A DNA stretch of 63,043 bases, counting the filler, from Bigelowiella natans CCMP2755 (Eukaryota > Protista > Cercozoa): assembly GCA_000320545.1 (NCBI GenBank). It is 5 parts of 5 records of this genome, joined end to end, with 100 filler letters (N's around TTAATTAATTAA, not from the genome) between each part and the next. Parts side by side here need not be neighbours in the genome. Positions count along the whole stretch, not along the records: positions 1 to 25,038 come from ADNK01003293.1; 4 more parts are not named here. One strand, given 5' to 3'. Below the pieces are notes generated by a model that made no database searches, was not told where the DNA came from, and saw nothing but the letters and a program-made list of their open reading frames with translations. A program made the position numbers and the translations under genes. Shown here piece by piece: positions 1-13,500 of the stretch (position 1 is its first letter; every line of letters starts with the position of its first letter).

Positions 1-812
1 GGGGGAAGGAGGACGATTGCACTATCATCATCGTCATCATCATCATCATCATCATGCTGCTCATCATCACAATGTCGACAACTACCACCACGGGACTACG
101 AAGAGAAAGAGCTGCTGCAGCAAGATCTTGGATGCTTTGTGCTTATTGCTGCTGGCTGCTGTAGAATTATACTAGTATAGTGTGCAGCTATGAAACTTGC
201 AGTAAATACCCGTCATCGTGACTAGGAGAATAGGAGTGCGTTATATGTAGGTGTTGATGACGGTTCTTCTCTTCTCGTTTCATCTTATCATCATCATCAT
301 CACCACCACCACCACCACCACCACCACCACCATTCGTGAAGGTTGAAATGCTATCTGATTGTTAGGAGGATAATAGCAAGGAGAAGAGGAAATACTACAA
401 GCCTGGCCGTGTAGAGCGGAGGGAGAGGAAAGGTAGTAGCGGTGTTGTGTGTGTGGGGGGGGGGGGGGGGGGGGCGGGTGAGTGTGTTGGCGTGGTAGGA
501 CAATACATGGATAATACTAATGATTATGGTGGTGGTGGTGATGATGATGATGATAATTTCAAATCGTAGCAAAACACGCACTGATCATCGAATGACGGAG
601 AATAGTGACAAATATGTGCCCCTCACCATTGAGTGCTAAGAGTGTGTTGCGTGCACTGTGACGTGTATTCCAAGATGCGACATGATGATAATAAGCCACA
701 CAAGCTGTCATCAAAGCCCCCCCCCCCCCCTCCCCCTCCTCACCTTTTGACAATTACATTATTCTCACGCAAATGATTCGGACTCATTCTCTCCCCGCTC
801 TTTCTCTCTATA

Positions 813-1393
813 AATGATGTCAAAGGAAAGGAGAATGAGCTCCCAATAAGGCTGTCGTTCCATGAAAATCACTACAACTTGGTTATTGACCCAAGGGTCA
901 CCTACCCGTTAGGTGATGCGATGAGATATGCTTATGATAATAAATATCTTGGTGTTCGAAAAATGATGATGATGATGATGATGATGATGGTTGATGGTGA
1001 TAAATCGTTTCCGTGCAACGTCGGAAAAGCCCCATTTTCCCCATTTGATTTTAGACATCATCTCTCCATCTTTCTTTATTCCCCGAGGCAAGCAAACGAG
1101 CAGTTTTTGATGTTTTCAGTGCGAATACAAGAGAGAGAGGGAGAGAGAGAGGGAGCCATAGCATGGTTCTAAAGCCAGTAGTACCTAAAATGAATTGGGT
1201 GGACTAGCCCAAGGAGAGGATGGGGGAGGGGGGAGGAGGAGGAGAAAGGGGAATTCACAACAGGATGTATTATTCTCTTGTCTGAACGGTTTTATTGGCC
1301 TTCTTTCTGGTAGGTGACGGCAAAGCACGGGATGCTAAAACTAACAACGGGGGGTTGAAGGAAGATACGACACAAAATGATGAAGCGCGTTGA
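813..1393 (+). CDS. 3' exons of a probable OTU-family deubiquitinase (5' part unresolved)
   Basis: Frame reads ...ELPIRLSFHENHYNLVIDP, resembling the OTU His-box (PIRLSYH..HYNS). Donor after 912 (G|gt) splices in frame to acceptor 1313, giving GDGKARD...EAR* with the stop at 1391-1393. Confidence 0.45.
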
Positions 1394-1550
1394 CCGTGAC
1401 GTAGTTTGGGCTGAATATCTGACTGCTTGTCTTTCTTCAATCCAACGTATTAAGCATGCAATTGTGCGCAGAATTGGGTGTAGCAAGAACATACATGCTC
1501 GCCTGCCATATTGGCAATGTATTACATATATATGTATATGTATATGTATG

Positions 1551-1605
1551 TGTATGAGACGGATGTAATGAACCTATTAATTTCTTTCAATGGTCATCCT
1601 TATAG

Positions 1606-1609
<4 letters not shown>
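1551..1609 (+). repeat. Dispersed spacer element, copy A
   Basis: tgtatgagacggatgtaatgaa-N~12-ttcaatggtcatcct..tagctat; aligns by eye with copies at 14285, 18845, 19129, 23889 and 43266. Confidence 0.85.
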
Positions 1610-1648
<39 letters not shown>

Positions 1649-2453
1649 CGCATGGCTAGCTAGATGTCCCTGTGTCATACGCAGCATCTCGAGCGCACGC
1701 ACATCATATGCAGTAATCTAGACATTTTTATGTGCTTTCCTATATCGCTGTATAATATGTTGCAGCCACCCCGTTGCCACGAAAGCTAGAATCGAATGTC
1801 TAGATTTGTTGCGTATTCAGCAATGTGTACATCGCAGATCTAGAGATATGTGCTTACGTACAATGTACGATATCGTACCTTAATACATCGTAGCCCGGTC
1901 ACACATTCACACATTGCTAGATTACCAGTGTGGTCTAGTGGTGATCATACGCGCTGCCCTACCTACCTACTGCTGCCTCAGTCTTGCGGTTTCACATGGC
2001 GCCGCGTCTAGCACACACAACGATTCAGCCATTGCTAGATTGCTACACGTAGTACGGTGCTGCCTGCTCCTTGTCAGGTCTAGATATGGAGGTATGCATA
2101 CACATCTAGTTGTAGCTAGCATAGCCAGCTAGAGATATAGTAGCGCATGCCGCTTCCAGTGCAAAATATCATTATTATATGGCGCTACAGCATCGTATGC
2201 AACTGTGTATCTGTTTAGATGCATGCCGTAACCATTCATACGCATGGCTACCGCCGCACCATGAGCCATGAACAATTGACAGTCGGTGTGACTAGAGCTA
2301 TATAGCTATGCTTGAGCGAGCCGTTAATATGACGACCATATATATGCTGTTGTCATACGTAGTTAAAAAGACTAAAGTTGTGCTGCACACGATCCTGTTT
2401 TGGTTTATGAACATCGGTAACTGTATTTCTAGTCTGCTGCTTCGCTGCAGCGA

Positions 2454-3538
2454 TCAATACTTAATTTGGAGAAATTCGCCGGCGTAGCAGTTATAAAATG
2501 CCTCGTCGTTATACCCCCCAACGGCTTCTAAAAAGCGACCGTCTGCGCTTACGGATAGAATACCACCAATTCTACTCGACATCATTTGGGGAAGACTATA
2601 CCATTTCAGGACCTCAAAATCGAGGAATTCGACAGCTGCTCCAGTATTATGATCCCCGCCAGCCACGTAGAGGCGGCTGCCATCTTTGGATGTGGCCAGT
2701 CCAAACAACCATCGCTCACTACTCATAGACGGAAGTATTTGCCATGATTTTGACCTGGAATATCATAGGTTCCTGAATCGCTTTCTTGCGGTTTTAAAGG
2801 AAAGTTGTAAATCTCTCACTCAAAGGATTGGCTGTGTTTTCTTCTTCTTCTTCTTCTTCTTCTTCTTCTCCTCGGGTTGTTTGTGTAAACTTACTTGAAA
2901 TCATAGCACTCGATTTCTGTAGTTTTCGTATTACCAGTACCCCCTGCAACCAATATTCTTCTCCCATCCGTCGACATATTGATTCGAGCGCCACTTCGTT
3001 TGTTCAACATTTCAGGGATTTCTTTCCATTCCCGGCGTTCAAAGTCGTAGGCTTCTGCTGAGCTAGTTCTCACACCTTCTTGTGTCTCCCCCCCAACCAC
3101 GTATAACTTGGTCCCGTCTGATGAGACTACCACACCTGGCGACTTTCTGCATCGCAACATTCTCGGTAAAGACGTCCAAGTTTCAGAATCTAACGCACAC
3201 ACCTCGACCCGGCGAGAGCTTGATTCATTCTCGAGTTGCCCCCCGACGGCGAAAATCTTGCGACCATCATGGCTCAGAGCAATGCTGAAATCGGATCTTT
3301 TCTCATTCATTTCTGGCAGTGAATGATGGCTCGAAGTGGTGATATCATGGTATACGACGCGGTTGCTATAAATCTTGTAGAGCCTTCTCCTATCAGGCGA
3401 GATCAAAGCCCCTGCTTCCCAATCAAAAGATGCGTCTCCTAAAGAGAATTCCCACCGTGATGGCTCGAACTCATATTCCCGGACAATCACCGATATAGAC
3501 TCGATAAACGAGCATGTGTCTGTGATTGCACCAACGCG

Positions 3539-3575
<37 letters not shown>

Positions 3576-3857
3576 AGCTTCCTGTAGAATGTAAGAGAAT
3601 CACACATGGACGCGAGCAACGCCTAATATCACCTGTTACCTGTCTTTTCTTGAAGTATGAGCTGCACTTCTTTTCTTTTTACTATTTCCTGTTACTTTAA
3701 GCGATGGTGTCATCATACATGGGCTCTCTTCGGCGAAGTCCAGAGTCCAACAATGGCTTCGCTTGAAGCAACGGTTGCTCAGTTCTTGCACCCTGGGATC
3801 CAAAGGACTAGATATCTGTACAGTCTCCTCTCCCTCAAGCATAGAAAATTTTTTCAC
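2454..3857 (-). CDS. Kelch-repeat beta-propeller protein (spliced; 5' end uncertain)
   Basis: Repeated Kelch units (xYxxGG...xExYD....W..xPxM..xR) in ORFs 2891-3619 and 2454-2726, joined in frame by a GT-AG intron at 2755-2894. In-frame (GAC)n poly-Asp near 3540-3573. Confidence 0.85.
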
Positions 3858-4371
3858 GATCTTGTGCGTCTTTTGCTGTTTTCTTGACGTGTATTTGTAT
3901 CGACACAGGCGAAGCGACTGGGGGAGGGCGTGTAGAGCACGTGTTTTCCGTTAAGATTATTCGGAAATGGGAAGAATGGCATCTGCGGATTGTCGTATCT
4001 ATAAAATCCAGGCCAATTTATCTTAGGGTGCGAACTCGATAGCCAACCGTCCCGAGGTCCAGACGGTAACCAATCTACGTCTTGGGCAGAGCTTTGTCGC
4101 AAAATAATGGGAGAGAGGTCTCAAATCCAGATTTAAAATTTGAGGAAAGAGCCCGTGGATTCTTCCCTTGAGACATGCATTTTGGGATGGTTTTCGTGTG
4201 TAATTTAGCGTCTTAAGCTTAGCTTCCTTCGGAACTTCCCTCCTCTCGTCACTTTCAATCAGCAGGAGGAAGGAAGGGGTCTTCGATAGCGTTCGCCTCT
4301 TACGTGCCTCCACACAGCCACCCCTTTGCTCCCTCTTAAATTTCATTTAGAGGAGGGTTTCGTGACCCATC

Positions 4372-6752
4372 ATGAGCAAGCCTCCAGCCCTGTTCAAACC
4401 GTTTAATAAGTACCTCATTCAGGTATGCAGGGGCACGGCCAAAAAATAGGCCAATGCACGAATATTTATCACTTGCTGCGTCATTTGTACTTAGGCAAGG
4501 AAGCTCGACAAAGTGCACCCAGTCGCAGCTTACTACTGTAATAGGAGGGACGATAAGAGAGAGGGAGAGAGAGGGGGGGGGGGAGAGAGAGAGAGAAAGA
4601 ACTTTCTGATCTCATTTAATTGTCACAGGCCGATATCACTTCCTCCAAAAAGGCGTTGCAGTGGTGAAAGGGAAGAATGAGCCGGAAGCGAAACAAGTCC
4701 GTATTTTATCTTTCAGAAGATTTTGATATGTGATACTGAAACGACCTCCTCTTCTGCGCTAATCGACGTGTATCCAAATCCAATTAAGTTGAACCAATCG
4801 CTTTCTTGCGAATACTTCGTCTCTGTATGTAAATTATTGGCTACATTCTGAAAAGACGACGATTTTGGCCAGTTCTTAGGTGGTTTGATGGGTCAATTGG
4901 AGAAGGCGAAACCCCAACTCCCCGAGCAAAGCAAGGTGCACACAACACGACGATTATATGTTATTTCAATGAACAATACATTTTATACCTACATGCACAA
5001 AACAATGAATTTTCTCGCGACATGCTATCTAAATGCTTAAGTTTATCGAAAATTTCACGTATAATCAAAATCCATTTCAACGGATGTACTTGTTTTTACA
5101 GCACGATTCCATTATCCGCCATTTCAGTGATTAGTATGCCTCACTAAACAAATGCACTTATTAAAGGAGGAGAAACAGGAGAGTATTTTGGAGCTGGCAC
5201 TCAATGTTTTCACAATCGCCGATAACGTAATGAAAGATTGACGATGTTGGAACTTGAATTCACTTCGGCACGTACCACTGAGGCCTTCTACTCGTTTTGA
5301 CTGCTCCAAATACTTTTGTGTTGGTCTTTGCGCAGGAAGATCGTGCGGGAAATGCAACGAAAGGAACGGCTATTAAATTCAGGACATGGTTAAGAGTAGA
5401 GAGAGTGATAAAAGAGGAGGAGACGTCAAATTGTTTCTCTCCTGTCTAAGCAAAGATTTTCCTTATCATCATCATCATCATCCCACATATTCGTATCAAC
5501 ACACCCTTCCTCTTTAAAGTTCAACGCTGTTCGAAGCTTGCTCAACTCTGGGGGATATATCAGAGGACGTATGTTATGCCACATGCTTTATATCTTTTCA
5601 AGAAGCAAAAGGGTGAATGCTATTTCTTGTGTGGCGAGCTCGCTGGAGGATATGTACTGTGGTAGTTGATGTGATCGCATGGGGGTGTGGGCTAGGTGAA
5701 CGAAAAGCTACGATACGCACGTTGGAAGCAAGTTGATATTATGAAAGCCATTAAGGTAGTCACACGTGATAGCAGCTGCAACTAGAACTCCGGCTCTCCC
5801 TTATCATGCATTCGTGCCGGTTAACAGGAGGGACGAAAGCCAACACCTGGTCCTCCCGGGGGGGAAGAGGAGCAAGATGAAGGTGCTCATAGATCATTGC
5901 CAATGCTCATCTTTACAAAGAATTGGATGCCACATCTTATTGTTATTGTTATTATTATTTACTTTGTTGTTATTTTACAATGGCTTCCAGCGGAAGGAGT
6001 TGTGGGCGATGGAGGAAAAGGAAGTCCAGAGGAGCAGCCTTCGATAAACGCTTCAGAGTAAGATCAACACACAAAAGAAACCACGAGGGAACAGAGAACA
6101 CACACAGTAGAACAACAACAACAACAACAGAAACAACTGCTGAAACGTATCTAATTTGGTAATGGTTATGGCGGATGATGTTGCAGGTATTATCGGCGGG
6201 GGGAAGATGGCGCCCATGTCGAGCAGGAGCAGCAGTTAGAGCAGCGGCAGCAGTCGGAGGAGAAGAGATCGAGAAAAGAAGGTGATTCACCAATCTACAG
6301 CAGCCTTCTAGTAGAAACATGCAGTACAACAATACACCTGATGACGAGTCAGTGATATAGGGTCATTTCCTCCAATTCTCTTAGCATCCCTTTTATTCGA
6401 CCCCCCCCCTCGCATACTATGCATCCCTTTTGTCACCCCCGTCCTCTTCCATATCTTTGTTTGCGTTTTTGGAATATGATTTCGACGATTTTGTTGGAAC
6501 AAAAGAGGCTCCTGCCGCTCCCACGCATATTGCACCGGAAGACATCGGTTTTTGACTTAGAATTAAGCAACGAATTAATGATGATTACCTGATTACCTTT
6601 TATCCTTACAGAGCAGACGCCTTCAGCTCCAAGCAACAGCGGAGACCCTCGGGTAACAGTTTGCCATCATTCTCTCTCATCTTACACCAAAATGAATCGT
6701 GGAATTTATGAACGTAGCTGGATTCGGTCATGGGCGATCTTTTATCCACGAC

Positions 6753-6785
<33 letters not shown>

Positions 6786-7092
6786 GCCAACTATCGCTAC
6801 CTTGGAGCCTACGGCGCCAGTAATCGTCCCTACTAGAATGGAGAGAAAGCAGCCGATGGTTACTTCTTGGCAGCAGCAGCAGCAGCGGTATGGCCACCAT
6901 GGTCCCTCTGCATCTTCGTTGGTTGTCAGGTAAAGAACAACGCATCTTCGTAGCAGAATCCGTCGTTTTGTGTCATATTAAAAGGCAGCTTAACACTGAA
7001 TGATTACACCAGAAAGGAATAGCACGTCGTCGCAGTAGGAACATTTCGATATTTGTTTGTGTTCTTGGCTGTCGTATGTTATATATAACAAT

Positions 7093-7137
<45 letters not shown>

Positions 7138-7569
7138 CAATATAGTGCCAGGAAAATGAAGGATAAACTGAGCGCCGAAATTGAGGCGGAAAGGGTAATG
7201 TAATGATAAGTCTTGTATCAATTATTAGCAGTAGAAGCAGTGTTTGCTATGCCTTTCTCAAACGAATGCACACCGTCTCTTAATTGAGGTGTAATCCGAA
7301 CATTTAAAAGAAACACACACACCACACACACACATACACACACATACACACACATACACACACACAATGGTGAGAGGTGCGATAAGTGTTGACGATGCTA
7401 AAAGGGACGCTTCTTCGTCGTAAACAGTTGATAGGTCATGCCCAAAGTGCGCTCCGTTTTCATGACATCGATTCTGGTAAGAAATGTATTCGAAGAGTAA
7501 TAGACAGTGGACAAGGGAAGACAGAATGGGGAATTCTTAGAATCGATTCTTCTCTGGTTATGGATAAAC

Positions 7570-7602
<33 letters not shown>

Positions 7603-7740
7603 TATTATATAATATTCATATAAATTTGCACACATTACTGCATCTTCTAACTATCACGTGTTTGTGTTTCGTGACGCCATTAAGCTGTGGAAAAGATGAA
7701 AGGCGCGCTTGCAGTACTCATACCTTACCAAGGAAAATAA
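4372..7740 (+). CDS. VTA1: VTA1/LIP5 ESCRT regulator of Vps4 (multi-exon)
   Basis: Spliced exons give MSKPPALFKPFNKYLIQ-ARKLDKVHPVAAYYC-RYHFLQKG...-FLGGLMGQLEKAK-...ILELALNVFTIADN-EDRAGNATKGTAIKF-...EKLRYARWKQVDIMKAIK-EGRKPTPGPPGG (tandem MIT domains). The C-terminus HAQSALRFHDIDS-AVEKMKGALAVL is VSL-like. Junctions are GT-AG. Confidence 0.88.
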
Positions 7741-8594
7741 TGAGCCTGATCGGTTGATTGTCAGCTTGTTTGACATTCACTTTCCACAACTTCTGGGAGA
7801 GGGATAATATAGTTTAAAATAGATGTATGGTGCTCAAAAAGTTGCCTTCATGGGCCCATGCAATGCGTATCGTAGCTTCACAAGACCATAACATACGGCA
7901 TGATTCAACAATTCGCTCCCGGCTACAGTTGTATCACAACAATCTAGCAATGTGTCATGTTTCACAATGAAGCGTTAAGTGTAAGCTACTAAGCGTGCGC
8001 GTCAGTCATTTGATGAGGCGATCGGTCGGTCAGCATAGTCGTCATTGTAACTAACATCTAAAAGTGGTTTTGTGTTATCAGTTGTGCACTGATGCATCAA
8101 ATAATGCAACTCCTCCACGACTGAGGGACTATATACGCTATCGAGCTATGCAGCGCAAAGCATTTCATGCCCGCTATCGTCTAGACATCTAGATCCACCT
8201 GCGGCATGCTAGCTTGCATATTAACATACTGCTGTACAAGTACGAATCGCCTACATATAATGACATAACATAATTATCTTGCGCAGTACTGCTAGTTCTA
8301 GATTTGGATTTACGAAATATATAAATACATCTAGTGTTGGAAAACATCCACGGGTTTGACAACCGAGATGGATGTTCTCCTGCTGCACGTGCCCCCTCCT
8401 ATAACAATGTTTCTGGGCATGCAACTCACGTTGCATGCCCCTAGACATACTAGCGCGTGCGCATACGGCTTCATGTGATTATGTGCTTATACGGCAAGAT
8501 TTTGCAAGATGGCAGCACGACAATAGGTACGTGACTCTACAGGTCGGAGTCGACGGTCTAGCTCTTCTATAATAATTTTCAAATTCTCAGCGTT

Positions 8595-10293
8595 TCAATT
8601 GAATTCTTCCGGAGGCGTGAGCCATAACTTCTTTCGAAATGCATCTACGCCGTTCATGTAGTACCTGGGAGAGAGTGGCAGAAATGTTAGCAACGAGAAA
8701 TAACCACGCCAAGCCAACAACTGGAGACTTCGCGCAATAGCTAGAATTTACCTATGGAGGCGCTTGTCGCGGACAAACCCCAAATTCGCATATAAGCTTA
8801 GTGCTCCCTGAACAAAAGGTACCGAATGAGGCTATTAAGCAAATGGTAGAGACCGTTGAAAAATAGAGGCGGGGGTAAGTAATGAAAGTACCTGGTTTGT
8901 GATCTCAGTTTCTAATACGACCTTGAAGATATGATAAAGCGGGATGATCAAAATGACAAGTATGTGGGGGAGACGAATCCAGTAATTCTGTTCGTTACTA
9001 TTTTTACCATGTTGGCTTTCTTTTCTTTCATAACATTTACTGCGAGCTTAACGAGTTTACTTCCTGAGGAGATACCCACAATAATCAAATCCCGCTATAC
9101 TGTCTCTTCTGTCATGTCAAGTGCTAGATACACAATAGCATGTTAATATTCATGGAGCCTCGAAGAAATTGATTTTCGAAAATATCAGGAATCATCTGTG
9201 TTTTCTTTCACAGCCATACAACAATATTCGTGCTTCTAAGCAAAACCCATCGATTCTAGATTTCGTTAAAAGCACTAAGTTATCATAAAATCTTCGCAGG
9301 AAGTTTATAACCTATGCCCCTTTTTCTGAAATCTTTGTCCACGGCCTGATAACCCACCCCAAAAAGTATAACAAGCAACTAAGATAACGAATTTCTTCAT
9401 CCTGAGTCTGTCAAAATATTGTTGATGCATTCCGCCGGTCACTTACCAACATCGCTATATATCCCCGCATTCGGTTTTTCTTATCTCGATCCAACTTACA
9501 TACGATAGTTCCTGATTTGATTAATGATGATGAGGATGATAATTCAAAATTCGAGGGAGAGGTGGCTGAATGAGGAAGGCGAGGTTTGGAGAATTTTTAC
9601 AGGACTTGTCATACCGACACATTGATCATCAACCCACGCTAAGAAGCAAAGATCCGGCCAGTTATTCAGAAAATAGCGGTATGTATACACGGAATAGGGC
9701 TCCGATAAATCCTTTGCAGAGTTTATACAGACAGCAGTACGAAAATGTTGATAATACGGTCAATTGTGTCTCCCGTTGTATTATTGAGAGATGTGGAGCT
9801 AATTGTCAGAATATGCACAAAGATCACTTCCCTTTAAAGTTATCTAGCGAATGAAGGCATTTATTTTGTTGTTTTCTCTTTTTTTTCATTGGATTTTGCG
9901 CTGGACATTAAAGTAAGTTCTTTATCTAAGAGCTATCAAGATCTCCGAAACAAATGGTTTTGACCTTCTCAATGAGGCTCTGGATGTATTTCAGCTGCCA
10001 CATAACAACATTTGAACGTTAGATACTTTTAAAAGAGTAATAATGATCCTGTTGTGGGCAAAACACACACCTGATGCTCCCCCTTATACTGCGTGAACGT
10101 AATTCCATTGCTCTTGTCGCTCGCTTTCACATCCTCCTTCTTTTGTATTTCCTTCTTGCCCTCATCAGCGGCAGGACTGAAAGACATTATACACGTAAGT
10201 GCCTTCGCTCTAAGATCCTAATCCCATCTTCCTTGGTTTTGCCAGAGGAGGGGTGTGAATTTACCTGGCTGTGCCCTCGTTGGTCTCCGCCAT
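8595..10293 (-). CDS. NAA30: N-alpha-acetyltransferase 30 (NatC catalytic subunit), about 10 small exons
   Basis: Spliced exons give [64 protein letters not shown] and [34 protein letters not shown], which are the NAA30/MAK3 signatures. The gene is missed by the ORF track. Confidence 0.93.
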
Positions 10294-10582
10294 GGGCACC
10301 AACACAGTCTCTTCCGATTTCTTTTTCTGCGACAATTATTTTCGTTGTCGCGCACCAGAAAACATCTGCATCTACGTCCCCCTGAAGATCCACGAAATGC
10401 GAACTTTGAACTGCAATTTTCAACATCTTCTTTGACGCAGAGCGGAAATCTCCTCTGTTTCGGCAGAAGAGGGGCCGATTTATTATGTTTCACGACAGGA
10501 ATATTTTTCAATGGAGGGCAGCGTGTGACGAGCTCCACAAGCACAGCAAAGCTTCGATTGTTCAACGATACGTTGGATCAAG

Positions 10583-13500
10583 ATGACGGAGATTGCACCG
10601 TTATTAGTTATGCGTCGAAATTCGGGAAGGGGCCGAATGTGGACGTGGTTGGGTGTTGGGATGATCGTAATGGCGGCCGCGGCTTTCATAGGCAGGTACC
10701 CTACCTCGCATTTCTGCTTGCCATTCCGGGCTATTCTCACATTTTGATTCATTTTTCGAATCGTGATTCTATCAACTTATTCGTGGAAAGCTAAATAAAG
10801 AGTTGCTTTTTTGGTGTAGGACCTACTTTACTTCCGGTTCCAATCTCGAGCTCCGACCATCTCGGCACACAGTTGGATTGTTTTCCCTTCCGTCAGCGTC
10901 TCGTCCTTTGTCACGTTCGAACATTCGCTTGGATTCGGCAACGCAGAGAAATCTGATCTCTAAACTAAACTTCCCATCACCGACAATTTCAGTATCCCAA
11001 TCACTGCATCCACGCGCTTCGGTCATTACAGAGGAAAACAAGAAAGAATCGTCTGACACATCCTTATTGCCGGATGTTGCGGTGGATGCGGAGATTCCAA
11101 CCCAATATGATTTTACAGCTGTAGAGGAAAAACTATATAAATTTTGGGAGAAAAACGGGTACTTTAAACCGAGGGAGCAGGAAGACGACGCGGCTGAAGA
11201 CGGAGCCCCTGCCGAGAAGAAATCATACGTAATTCCCATGCCACCCCCCAACGTGACAGGATATCTCCACATGGGGCATGCGCTATTCGTTGCAGTTCAA
11301 GACATATTGGCCCGATTTCACCGTATGCTGGGGGAGCCTACGCTTTATCTCCCAGGGACTGACCACGCTGGGATTGCAACACAGCTGCTCGTTGAGAGAG
11401 ACCTGGCGACAAGGAACCTGTCACGGCACGAAATGGGCCGTGAAGCGTTCCTAGAGAAGGTGTGGGAATGGAAGAACGAGAAGGGGGGCTACATCATTGA
11501 GCAGATGAAGCGACTCGGCGCATCCGCCGACTGGGATCGGGAGAAATTCACGCTTGACCCCGAGCTGAATGAGGCTGTCAACGAGGCCTTCGTCCGCCTG
11601 CACGAGAAGGGACTTGTGTACAGAGGCGAGCGGATGGTAAACTGGTCTCCGAATCTGCAAACCGCTGTTTCTGACCTCGAGGTAGAGTATGAGGACAGGC
11701 CTAACGGAAAGCTGTACGTGTTTAAGTACCCCATCGCCGACTCCGAGGAGCACCTTCCAGTGGCCACTACCCGCCCCGAAACCATTCTGGGAGACACGGC
11801 AGTTTGCGTTCACCCGGATGATGACCGATATCGGCACCTAGTCGGCAAAGAGGTCGTAGTGCCAATCGTAAATCGAAGAATCCCCATAATCGCTGACGAG
11901 TATGTAGATATGGAGTTCGGAACTGGGGCTCTGAAGATCACCCCGGCACATGACCCAAACGACTACGAAATCGGCAAGAAGCATGAGCTCGAGAGCATTA
12001 ACATCATGAACAAGGACGCGACGATGAATGGAAACGCCGACAAGTACAAGGGAATGGATCGATACGAGTGCAGGAAGCAGCTGTGGGCGGATATGGACCC
12101 TGCCGGGCTTGTGCTGAATGTGACAAAGCACGCAACAAGAGTGCCTATCAGTCAGAGGGGTGGGGAAATGATCGAACCCATGATTTCCACGCAATGGTTT
12201 GTGAAGGCCGATGGAATGGCGGCCAAGGCCTTGCAGGCTGTAAGATCGGGCGAGACCAAGTTCGTCCCCCCCCGGTTCGAACGAATGTGGGACTATTGGC
12301 TGGAGGACATCCGCGATTGGTGCGTGTCGCGCCAGCTCTGGTGGGGGCACAGAATACCAGTCTGGCACGTCCTCGATGAGGACGGAGCCTACCTGTCAGA
12401 CGAACGAATGCGCTCCTCCTCCTCCTCCTCCTCCTCCTCCTCCTCCTCCTCCGAGCTTCCCGGATACGTTGTCGCCAGAAACGAGGCGGAGGCTTACGAG
12501 AAGGCTCGGGGGGAGTATGGGCAGGATGTGAAGCTTGCTCAGGATGACGACGTGCTGGACACGTGGTTCTCTAGCGGCCTCTGGCCTTTCGCTACGATGG
12601 GGTGGCCGAACACCGAGAAGGACGACTTCAAGAAGTTTTACCCTGCCGCCATTCTGGAGACGGGGTACGACATTCTGTTTTTCTGGGTAGCGAGAATGGT
12701 GATGCTGGGCACAGAGCTCACCGGGGAGACCCCCTTCGAGACCATCTACCTGCACGGGCTAGTACGAGATGAGAAGGGGAAGAAGATGTCTAAGACGAAG
12801 GGAAACGTCATCGATCCCATCGAAACGATCGACAAGTACGGCGCGGATGCGCTGCGGTACTCCCTCGTCACCGGCGGGTCGCCCGGTCAAGACGTGCCCC
12901 TCTCCATGGAGAAAATAGAGGGAAACAGGAACTTTGCGAACAAGCTATGGAACGCAGGTCGCTACTTGATACAGATGGTGGAGCAGAAAAAGCAGCTGCT
13001 CTCCGCTGAGGAGCTGACTGCGAGCCTCGCCGTGGACGGCGCCATGACGCAGGAGAGCCTTGACCAGCTGCCGCTACCAGAACGGTACATCGTCTCCCGC
13101 GCGCACGAGTTGGTGGAGAAGGTCACCAGCGCGCTGCACGATCACCGGATATCGGAGGCCGGGTCTCTCGTCTACGACTTCTTGTGGAACCAGTACACGG
13201 CGTGGTACATCGAGGCTTCCAAGGTGCAGCAGAGCGAGACGAGCCTGAAGACACTCGTCTACGTGTTCGATACGTGCCTGAGGTTGCTGCACCCTTTCAT
13301 GCCGTATGTCACGGAGACTCTCTGGCAGCGCCTACCGCACCACGGCGACGCGCTTATGGTAGCTAGCTGGCCTTCAGTAGAGGGAATGGCCGCCTTGCCG
13401 CGAAGCAGCTCTGCGGAAGAAAAATTCGGTCTTTTGCAGGATATCGTGAATTCGGTGCGTTCCGCTCGCGCTGAGTACAAGGTCGAGCCGGGTAAGAAGA

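Noticed and set aside
1551-1609. Spacer element as a SECIS or CRISPR repeat
   Set aside because: No proper AUGA/GA quartet geometry, and the upstream genes show no in-frame Sec UGA. The copies are dispersed rather than arrayed with spacers.
8600-10000. AT-rich ORF-poor stretch as a possible viral or virophage insertion
   Set aside because: Fully explained by the small exons and introns of NAA30.
10803-10819. TTG start of the ValRS ORF from the track
   Set aside because: It lies in the intron's polypyrimidine/acceptor region; the real start is in the upstream exon.
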